Source: Trichodesmium erythraeum IMS101 | Lineage (GTDB): Bacteria; Cyanobacteriota; Cyanobacteriia; Cyanobacteriales; Microcoleaceae | Assembly (NCBI RefSeq): GCF_000014265.1 | Contig: NC_008312.1 | Coordinates: 5,280,001 to 5,312,000 of the forward strand | Direction of reading: 5' to 3' | DNA: 32,000 bases | Shown: in pieces, positions 1 to 8,100 of the stretch | Layout of the letters: every line of letters starts with the position of its first letter | Position numbering within the stretch: the first letter of the stretch is position 1 | Made by a program: the position numbers and the translations under genes | The notes under the pieces: model-generated | Databases searched by the model: none | Told to the model about the DNA's origin: nothing | The model's input: only the letters and a program-made list of their open reading frames with translations

Positions 1-767
1 TCCTTTCCTTCAATTATGCCTTTAAGTAATTCATTTTTTAAAACCATGCCAACTACATCATCAATAGAATCTCTTATGACAATAATTCGACTATGTTGAG
101 AACTAATAATATCTGATTTTACCTCAGCTATAATTGAGTCACTGTATAAATAAGTAGTCGCTATTCGAGGTGTCATAATATCCCATGCACTTTTATCATT
201 TAGCCGAAATACTCTTCCAATCATTTCAGCTTCATCACCTTCAATAACTCCCTCTTTATATCCTATTCTGGTCAAAAACATTATTTCTGCTTCATTAGTA
301 GTAGGTAATTTTTTTCCTTGAGTAAAAGGTGATGTAATTTTTTCCATGAACCAAACTATGGGAGTAAAAATAAAAGTTAAACCTTTTACAGGTAAAGCGA
401 TTATTAATGAAAATTTCATGGCATAGCGTTCTCCTAAAGTTTTAGGAATAATTTCGCCAAAAACTATTACTAAAAATGTCAAAATAGCTGAAAAAAATCC
501 TAACCAAGTACTTCCAAAAACTGAGGCTGCAATATTACCAATTAAGATACTACCAACAATATTAAAAATGTTATTAATAATCACAACAGTGGCAATAGGG
601 CGGTTAATTTTTTTCTTAATTACCCACAGTGCTAATGCTGCTGTTTTTTTAGATTGGGCTAACTGCTGTACTTTAATAGGAGAAACAGAAAGTAAAGCTG
701 TTTCAGTAGCAGAACAAAGGGCAGAACCTATAAGAATAATTAAAACTATAATAATTAGCTTGAGCAT
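1..767 (-). CDS. DUF21 + CBS-pair (CNNM / HlyC-CorC family) membrane protein; 3' end lies outside the window
   Basis: Absent from the ORF track because it leaves the window. My minus-strand translation from ATG (765-767) gives MLKLIIIVLIILIGSALCSATETALLSVSPIKVQQLAQSKKTAALALWVIKKKINRPIATVVIINNIFNIVGS...FGEIIPKTLGERYA...EAEMIGRVFRLNDKSAWDIMTPRIA...SQHSRIIVIRDSIDDVVGMVLKNELLKGIIEGK. It has a hydrophobic DUF21 N-terminus followed by typical CBS motifs, and the frame stays open to position 1. Confidence 0.8.
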   Translation of the reverse strand, partial: MLKLIIIVLIILIGSALCSATETALLSVSPIKVQQLAQSKKTAALALWVIKKKINRPIATVVIINNIFNIVGSILIGNIAASVFGSTWLGFFSAILTFLVIVFGEIIPKTLGERYAMKFSLIIALPVKGLTFIFTPIVWFMEKITSPFTQGKKLPTTNEAEIMFLTRIGYKEGVIEGDEAEMIGRVFRLNDKSAWDIMTPRIATTYLYSDSIIAEVKSDIISSQHSRIIVIRDSIDDVVGMVLKNELLKGIIEGK

Positions 768-816
768 ACTCAACTAATAATTGGGTAATCTTAATAATAC
801 CATTTTTTATTTAGTT

Positions 817-1719
817 ATGAAACCTTCTAACTGGTTGATTATATTAGTTCTCACTATTGGTGTTTTAGCAATATCTACTGGTGCAATATTAATTAGGTTG
901 GCGAGTCTATCTGCGCGAATGAGTGGGATAGAGTTTAGTTTGGTAATAGCTGCCTCACGGCTGGCGATCGCCTCTTTATTATTAGTACCAACATGGTCAA
1001 AAATTAAGTGGCAAACTATCGAACTAAGGGCAATACTCTATGCAGGTGCAGCGGGGGTTTGCCTTGCGGCTCATTTTGTTCTTTGGGTTACTTCTTTATC
1101 TTACACTTCGATCGCAGCTTCGACTGCCTTGGTCACAACTAACCCCATCTGGGTAGCTTTGTTGTCGTGGTGGTGGTTAAAGGAAAGGCTTTCTCGTCGC
1201 ACAGTTATTGGCATTTTAGTAGCTATAACAGGAGGACTAATAATTGGTTTAGCAGATATTGGTGGGGCAACTACAGTTAGTAACCCTGTTCTGGGAAATT
1301 TTTTAGCTCTTCTGGGGGCTTGGGCAGGTAGTTTATATATATTTCTGGGATATCAAGCTCGAACTAAGGGGTTTGGTATTGGAGGCTATATTGTGGTAGT
1401 ATATGGCATAGCTGCAGTTGTATTATTGCCTATTCCTTTTGTTTCGGGTGTTGGCTACTTTGGTTATTCTGGTTCGGTCTATTTTTATTTATTGTTAATG
1501 GGGTTATTGCCTCAATTAATAGGGCATACAAGTTTTAATTGGGCAATGGGTTGGGTTTCTCCTACTTTGGTTACTTTGGCGGTTTTATTTGAACCTGTTG
1601 GAGCCAGTTTTTTGGGTTATTTATTGTTCGGTGAGGTGCCTTCTCTAATTACTTTATTGGGAGCAGTTATTTTATTAATTGGAGTGGCAGTTGCTGCCTT
1701 GAGTTCTCAAAAAAAATAG
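817..1719 (+). CDS. EamA/DMT-family (drug/metabolite) transporter, about 10 TM segments
   Basis: ORF 781..1719 is entirely hydrophobic, with two EamA-like halves (LAISTGAILIRLA..., ...LFEPVGASFLGYLLFGEVPS). I prefer ATG at 817 (MKPSNWLIILV...) over the TTG at 781 used by the track. It is divergent from the CNNM gene. Confidence 0.8.
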   Translation: MKPSNWLIILVLTIGVLAISTGAILIRLASLSARMSGIEFSLVIAASRLAIASLLLVPTWSKIKWQTIELRAILYAGAAGVCLAAHFVLWVTSLSYTSIAASTALVTTNPIWVALLSWWWLKERLSRRTVIGILVAITGGLIIGLADIGGATTVSNPVLGNFLALLGAWAGSLYIFLGYQARTKGFGIGGYIVVVYGIAAVVLLPIPFVSGVGYFGYSGSVYFYLLLMGLLPQLIGHTSFNWAMGWVSPTLVTLAVLFEPVGASFLGYLLFGEVPSLITLLGAVILLIGVAVAALSSQKK

Positions 1720-1814
1720 ATGAAGAGTTTAGTGTAGGGATTTTAATTATTTGTGTTTTGCTAAAAAAATTTAGGCTAATCTCTACACTATTCTCCTCTC
1801 TCTTGACGACAATT

Positions 1815-2210
1815 CTATTTTGTTTCTGGGAGCATATCTTGACTATGGATAGTTATACGTTTAATAAGTTTAACTATCAATTTTTGTAAAAATTTAATGG
1901 TTTCTCTCATGCTAGAATTATGAGTTACTGCCCAAATATTTGTTATTAAACAACAGGTAGCAAACCCCAAAAGAATAAATGTTTGGATTCTAACTACTCC
2001 AACAATAAACCAGCTTCCGACATGGAGGATAATTATTAAGGCATAAAAACTGGCTACTAATGCCATTAAGTTAATTTCTTTTTTGGGTCGATGGAGGACT
2101 GTAAAAATTATTGGTTGTAAACTTGCTAGTACATTTGTAGGTACTATAAATCCACAAATTTCTACACAATATAGGTGTGAAAATTCGATGATGTTATTAA
2201 AGTCAAACAT
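1815..2210 (-). CDS. hypothetical small membrane protein (131 aa, 3-4 predicted TM segments)
   Basis: ATG-initiated ORF (MFDFNNIIEF...) with several hydrophobic stretches. I recognise no family and see no clear Shine-Dalgarno sequence. Confidence 0.45.
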   Translation of the reverse strand: MFDFNNIIEFSHLYCVEICGFIVPTNVLASLQPIIFTVLHRPKKEINLMALVASFYALIIILHVGSWFIVGVVRIQTFILLGFATCCLITNIWAVTHNSSMRETIKFLQKLIVKLIKRITIHSQDMLPETK

Positions 2211-2435
2211 ATTATAATTCTGTTGATAAATTTCTGTTTATGGTTGATTAATTCTGGGGTTTTATTTGAGGGTAATATCACATTGGTTTTTCAGTTGAAT
2301 GTTATCAAAATTTATTGAGATTAGAAGGATTTTACTCTGGTTGAATATCTTATACAATCTCTGTGTTTCTATATTTTATTTTTACTGATATTACCGAATT
2401 TAATTTAATAAGATTAAATTTCATAAAATAGCTGT

Positions 2436-2567
2436 TTATTTTTTCCTTTTTTGCTTTTTATAAACTCCATCAGTCCAGAAATTTGTAAACATCATTAGCA
2501 TTCCTCCAATAAAAATTGTAATTGCCATTCCAGCAGGAATTACAGTTTGCCAGTCAGTTGTTTCCAT
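2436..2567 (-). CDS. candidate 43-aa single-TM mini-protein
   Basis: Below the track's size cut-off. My translation is METTDWQTVIPAGMAITIFIGGMLMMFTNFWTDGVYKKQKRKK. It has an ATG at 2565-2567 preceded by an agggag Shine-Dalgarno-like motif 5 nt upstream, one hydrophobic helix and a Lys-rich tail. Confidence 0.4.
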   Translation of the reverse strand: METTDWQTVIPAGMAITIFIGGMLMMFTNFWTDGVYKKQKRKK

Positions 2568-2993
2568 GTACTCCCTAATTAATTTAGTCAGGATATCTTG
2601 CCAATTATACCTTGTTATTAATTACTATGTGATTATATTAAGATTTATCAAAAAATATTAAATTAAGCAAAAAAATTGTTCTTTTTGTGACGTGTTGAAG
2701 GAGCAGTTATAATTTGTGGAGACTATTTTGTAAAAGCTCGCGATCGCCACTTTTTTCAACTACAAAAAAACCATAAAAATTGTCTGTTTTTTCTATATTT
2801 ACTCCTTTTCTTAAAGGTTACTAATTTTTTTTTCTTTCTGGCCTAGGCCTTTTACATACAATGTCCCTAGGGATAAAGGTGGGGGTTGAATTTTGACTTT
2901 TGATTTTTGAGTTCCCTAAATTAAAGTGGTGTAAGGTTATTTTGCAATTTTTCTTAATATATCTTAATATATGTAAAAGAAGAGTTGAAGGAT

Positions 2994-4496
2994 ATGGCCG
3001 TGACTGATAAGCAAACATCCAAATGGAAGCCAAGTAAATTATTTCAAACCCTAGGCTATTTTGGGGTTATTCCATTTATCGGTAGTGTGAAATGGTTAGA
3101 AAAGTTATTTGGTAAAAAGACATTATTACCGCCAGACACATCAGAAGTTGTATTAGTAGTAGGTGCTAATGGTGGAGTTGGTAAGCGAGTTGTACCTAGA
3201 CTACTGAAGCAGGGTTATCAGGTGCGATCGCTGGTTCGAGATGCGAAAAAAGCTCAAGAAGTTCTCGGTAATGATGTGGAAATAGTAACTGCCGACATTA
3301 CCCAACCAGAAACTCTCACTCCTGAGATCTTCAAAGATGTGAGCAAAATTATCTGTTGTACAGGTACAAGAGTCGAAACTGTAGAGAAAGATAACCCAAA
3401 CCGGGAGAAATATTATCAAGGCATCAAATTTTTCATGCCAGAAGTTGTTGAAGACCCCCAACTTGTGGAATACGAAGGGATGAAAAATCTAGTAGCAGCA
3501 GCAAAACCACAACTACAACCAAAAAATAACAAAATTTTGTTTGACTTCAAAAACCCTACCCAAGACCTCAAAGAAACCTGGGGTGCATTAGATGATGTTG
3601 TGATGGGGGGAGTTAGCGAAAGTTCTATTTGTCTTACAGATAGTGGTGCTCTTTTCTCTGGTAATGTCTCTACAGAAAACTCTGGTGGTTTCGTATCTGT
3701 CCGTACCCGCAATTTTGATCCCCCAACGAATTTATTTGGTTCTGCTGGTATAGAGCTGCGGGTGAAAGGAGATGGCAAGCGTTATAAGTTTTTCCTGCGC
3801 TGCGAAGATAAATGGGATGGGGTTGGTTATAGCTATTCTTTTGATACTGTTTATAATATCTGGACAACTATTCGCATTCCATTTAAAGATTTAATTCCAG
3901 TATTTCGTGCTAAAGTTGTAGAAAATGCTCAACCTTTTAATCCTAGTCAAGTTTATTCTTACCAATTAATGTTGAGTAAATTTGAATATAATAAAGAACT
4001 TAATTCTAGATTTGCACCAGGATTTTTTCAGTTAGAAATTGAGTATATTAAAACTTATGGTAGTGACGAATTACCTAGGTTTGTTTTGGTTAGTTCGGCG
4101 GGTGTAACTCGTCCAGGACGACCAGGATTAAATTTAGATGAACAAATTAAAATAGTGCAGCTTAATGACCAATTAAAAGGTTTATTAAATTGGAAATTCA
4201 AAGGTGAGGAGGTTGTTCGTTCTAGTGGTATTCCTTATACTATAATTCGACCTTGTGGAATGACTGAACAACCTGGTGGTCAAGCTTTAATATTTGACCA
4301 AGGGGATAATATTAAGGGTATTGTTAGTCGGGATGATATTGCTGAACTTTGTGTCAAGGTTTTGGAAGAAAATCAGGCTTGCAATACAACTTTTGAGGCG
4401 AAAGGGGATAAGGAAAATCAAGCAACTGTTGAAAATTGGGAGAGGTTATTTAATGGTTTAAAGCCTGATGTTAAAAAGTTACCTCTGACAGTTTAA
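2994..4496 (+). CDS. NAD(P)-binding (atypical SDR / NmrA-like) protein with an inserted CIA30 (complex I intermediate-associated protein 30-like) domain
   Basis: ORF 2985..4496, taking ATG at 2994 (MAVTDKQ...). A Rossmann motif VVGANGGVGKRVV is followed by ...IICCTG. A central block, WGALDDVVMGGVSESS...FSGNVSTENSGGFVSVRT...GIELRVKGDGKRYKF, is CIA30-like. The Rossmann fold then resumes (RFVLVSSAGVTRPG...YTIIRPCGM...DDIAELCV). Confidence 0.8.
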   Translation: MAVTDKQTSKWKPSKLFQTLGYFGVIPFIGSVKWLEKLFGKKTLLPPDTSEVVLVVGANGGVGKRVVPRLLKQGYQVRSLVRDAKKAQEVLGNDVEIVTADITQPETLTPEIFKDVSKIICCTGTRVETVEKDNPNREKYYQGIKFFMPEVVEDPQLVEYEGMKNLVAAAKPQLQPKNNKILFDFKNPTQDLKETWGALDDVVMGGVSESSICLTDSGALFSGNVSTENSGGFVSVRTRNFDPPTNLFGSAGIELRVKGDGKRYKFFLRCEDKWDGVGYSYSFDTVYNIWTTIRIPFKDLIPVFRAKVVENAQPFNPSQVYSYQLMLSKFEYNKELNSRFAPGFFQLEIEYIKTYGSDELPRFVLVSSAGVTRPGRPGLNLDEQIKIVQLNDQLKGLLNWKFKGEEVVRSSGIPYTIIRPCGMTEQPGGQALIFDQGDNIKGIVSRDDIAELCVKVLEENQACNTTFEAKGDKENQATVENWERLFNGLKPDVKKLPLTV

Positions 4497-4630
4497 ATAA
4501 AGTATTTTTTTTTATCTACGAGGTACAGTTTTATATCCCCTTCCACTCCCCTTAAAAATTAGGGGGTTTTCAGATAAAATACATTGCTTTTCGAGTAATA
4601 TCCAGTCTGCTTGCAATGGAAGTTTTACAA

Positions 4631-4688
4631 GAAACCGGGTTTATGGGAGACAGATATCAGAATGGGTATTTCATATCAACCCGGTTTC
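4631..4688. repeat. perfect 11-bp inverted repeat (gaaaccgggtt / aacccggtttc) with a 36-nt spacer, between convergent genes
   Basis: Read directly: 4631-4641 and 4678-4688 are exact reverse complements. It may be a stem-loop, a terminator-like element or a small palindromic element; the function is unknown. Confidence 0.5.
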
Positions 4689-4818
4689 TCTGCTTTATTT
4701 ATAACGACACTAACGGATTTAATATTATCTCTTTTTTTCTATGAAAATATCTAAATATTAGAATAAAAAAGGTGATTAAGTCTTGATTTTTGCAGATATT
4801 TAATAAGATTTGTCAGAG

Positions 4819-5067
4819 TCAGGCAATTATACTATCTCCATTCAGGTCAATATCAAACTCCTCTTCCCATTGCAACAGAGCATCTCCTGATTTCCAACCA
4901 GAACCGCGAGTAATGACACCCTGAGAATTGGTAGTCCAGATATAACCTTGCTCACTCAGGTTATTCTGACCTTGGAGTAGGAAGCGAGAACCTCCTGAGT
5001 TATTAGCTTCAACGACAACACCTTCCCAACTGGGGGTAGTGTTGTCGCTGTAATTCCTGGTCTCCAT
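4819..5067 (-). CDS. 82-aa Trp-rich hypothetical protein immediately downstream of the giant gene
   Basis: ATG ORF METRNYSDNTTPSWEGVVVEANNSGGSRFLLQGQNNLSEQGYIWTTNSQGVITRGSGWKSGDALLQWEEEFDIDLNGDSIIA. It ends in a DxDxNGD Ca-binding-like motif, lies on the same strand 87 nt after the giant gene's stop, and has no obvious Shine-Dalgarno sequence. Confidence 0.5.
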   Translation of the reverse strand: METRNYSDNTTPSWEGVVVEANNSGGSRFLLQGQNNLSEQGYIWTTNSQGVITRGSGWKSGDALLQWEEEFDIDLNGDSIIA

Positions 5068-5154
5068 TGATTATCTAGTAGGTATGCTCTGCATCTTTGG
5101 CAAAAGTTGCTGTACCTTCGGATTCAATGTTTCCAGAGATGTCTATTCAATAAA

Positions 5155-8100
5155 TTACATTCCCGCTACGTCCCAAGCTGAGCCAAAACCTCCGGGGTTA
5201 ACTGTTTGATTAGGTGTGCCGTCATCATTCATCAACCAAATCCTGTTAGCTCCACTTTGATCACGCCAGTGAATGTCTGCCACTCCATCAGTATTGAAAT
5301 CTGCTACTCCGGCTACATCCCAAGCTAAACCAAGGATTCCGGGGTGAACTGTTTGATTACGTGTACCGTCATCATTCATCAACCAAATCCTGTTTTGTCC
5401 ATTGTTATGACTTTGATGACGCCAGAGAATGTCATCCACTCCATCGGCATTGAAATCTGCTACTCCGGCTACATCCCAAGCTAAACCAAGGATTCCGGGG
5501 TGAACTGTTTGATTACGTGTACCGTCATCATTCATCAACCAAATCCTGTTTTGTCCATTGTTATGACTTTGATGACGCCAGAGAATGTCATCCACTCCAT
5601 CGGCATTGAAATCTGCTACTCCGGCTACATCCCAAGCTGAACGAAAACTTCCGGGGTTAACTGTTTGATTACGTGTACCGTCATCATTCATCAACCAAAT
5701 CCTGTTTGGTCCATTTTTATGACTTTGATGACGCCAGAGAATGTCATCTACTCCATCAGTATTGAAATCTGCTACTCCGGCTACATCCCAAGCTGAATGG
5801 AAATTTCCGGGGTTAACTGTTTGATTACGTGTGCCGTCATCATTCATCAGCCAAATCCTGTTTGGTCCATTTTTATGACTTTGATGACGCCAGAGAATGT
5901 CTGCCACTCCATCAGTATTGAAATCTGCTACTCCGGCTACATCCCAAGCTGAACCAAAACTTCCGGGGTTAACTGTTTGATTACGTGTACCGTCATCATT
6001 CATCAGCCAAATCCTGTTTGGTCCATTTTTATGACTTTTATGACGCCAGAGAATGTCTGCCACTCCATCAGCATTGAAATCAAACTGGACTGGTTCACTT
6101 TCGTCGATATCGTTAACATTAATGGTCAACTGTTCTTGATAGCTGGCTACGTTTCTATCAGTAGTTTGAACTCGGATATTATAACTAGACTGACTTTCAT
6201 AGTCTGGGGAATCATTGATTCTTAGTTGGTCAGCCTCAATAGTGAAGGCTTGGTTATCTTTATCTCCCTCACCTGTTACTAATTCATAAGTAAAGCTATC
6301 TCCTGAGTCGGGGTCGACGGTGTAAAATTCACCAACTACGCTGTTAGGTGCTACGTTTTCGTCAATATTTTTGTTGCCAAGGTCGAGGTCAGTGGGAGCT
6401 TCATTAATATCGTTAACATTAATGGTCAACTGTTCTTGATAGCTGGCTACGTTTCTATCAGTAGTCTGAACTCGGATATTATAAGTAGGCTTAGTTTCAA
6501 AATCTGGAGAACTATTGATTTTCAGTTGGTTACCTTCAATGGTGAAGGTTTGGTTATCTGTATCTCCCTCTCCTGCTACTAATGCATAAGTAAAGGTGTC
6601 TCCAGGGTCGGGGTCGGTTGTGGAAAATGTTCCAACTACACTATTGGCTGCTACGTTTTCGTCAATGGTTTCTTTGTCAAGCTCCAGAGCTGTGGGAGCT
6701 TTGTTGCTCTCTTTAACTTTTGTCGTTGCTTGAGCTTGAGCTGTTGTTGTTTCTACTTGACCGACCTTGTCTGTGGCTACGCTGTAGAAGGCGTAGGTTT
6801 TGTCAATTTCTCCCGTGTAAGTGGCTGAGGTTTCTGTGGTGTCGTCTAACCATAATTCAAAGTCACCTCCGTTTTCCGAGACGTATATATCATAGGTTGC
6901 TACACCACTGCCTTGGTCTTCTCCTGTCCAGGTAACTTCGATTTCTGCACCGGATGTCGTTTCTGGGAGTTCCTCTACTTTGCTGGTGGGTGCTGTAATA
7001 TCAATGGTGTTGAATACGGGGGGGGTTGCTATGGGGTCGTTGGTGTCGAATACTATGCTGGCTTCCGCGTCGATGACATCCCCCGTCTGAACATCCTGCC
7101 CGGGACTGATGGTGTAGGATATAAAACCATCTCCTTCGGGTGGGTTGACGTTGGGTGGTAGGAACCCGGCGTCGAAGTCTGTGGGATATTCTCCGGTTTC
7201 CGGGTCGATGGTTTCTAGGGTGTATTTGACTGCTCCGGTTTCGGCGTTCATTTCCGCGTTGAAGTCTACGAAATAGCCGATGGTTTCTGTCAGGTCTATT
7301 CTTTCGGTGTAGTTTTGATAGCCAGGGGGGATTTCGATGTTGATGTCCCCGAAGCCAAAGTTGCCTAGTTCAAAGCTGTTCCAGTCTAGGTCGCTGTCTA
7401 GTTGTTGGGTGACGGTGACGAAGACTGCGGGGGCGTCTGCTTTTTCGGCGTCGTTTTCAAAGCGGATGGTGTAGGGGAGGGTTTGTGGGGATGTGAGCCA
7501 GTTTTCCTCCCCTACTCCTGCAGGGCCTATTATGTCGTTGGGATCCACCGCTCCTCCTATTGGTAGTTCTTGTCGCTCGACTGTATTGCAAGCACCAGTT
7601 ATACATAGTCCAATTATGTAGCCAGGGGTACCTATTGGTGTTGTAGGAGCAAAAATACCTGTAGCATCAGACAAAAATTCTGCTCCTGTTCCTGCCCTTT
7701 TGTCTGCAGAGTCAAAATCTAAATCTTTTGCTCTCTTTCCCCTTTCGCTGTCTTTCAAGTTCTTGTCATTAACCATATCAATAGCAGCACCCCTAGTAAG
7801 TAACCCAGATTTTCCACCATTTCCCAAATACTTTTTTTCTCTTTCTCTTAGCTTTTTTGCACGCTCTATCATCCGTTTTATGGAATCATTTTTATCTTTA
7901 CTTTTCAATCCCTCCGGATCAATATAATCTACCGGACCATTTCCAACATACCGATACAAATTCTCATCCCCCCCATTCAACCCAATAGGGTCCATAGAAA
8001 CAAACCGCCCAGTCTCCCCATCATAAAACCTTGCCCGCATAAAATCAAGACCATTAGCCTCCTCCATCACCCCAAACTGCCCCACAAACTCAAACTGATT

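Noticed and set aside
568-777. 69-aa + strand ORF
   Set aside because: It lies entirely antisense to the well-supported DUF21/CBS gene (1-767, minus strand). Its hydrophobicity simply mirrors the TM-rich sense strand.
2821-3033. 70-aa minus-strand ORF overlapping the start of the CIA30/NAD(P)-binding gene
   Set aside because: It has no recognisable motif, lies in a promoter or 5' region, and overlaps a confident gene. It is likely a chance ORF in AT-rich DNA.
3201-3867. Three minus-strand ORFs (86, 120 and 65 aa) inside 2994-4496
   Set aside because: They are antisense to a gene with clear Rossmann and CIA30 motifs, and their translations are low-complexity with no motifs.
4548-4570. Possible intrinsic terminator after the CIA30 gene (cccct-N8-agggg followed by gtttt)
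   Set aside because: The stem is only 5 bp and the U-tract only 4 nt, which is too weak to report as a feature.
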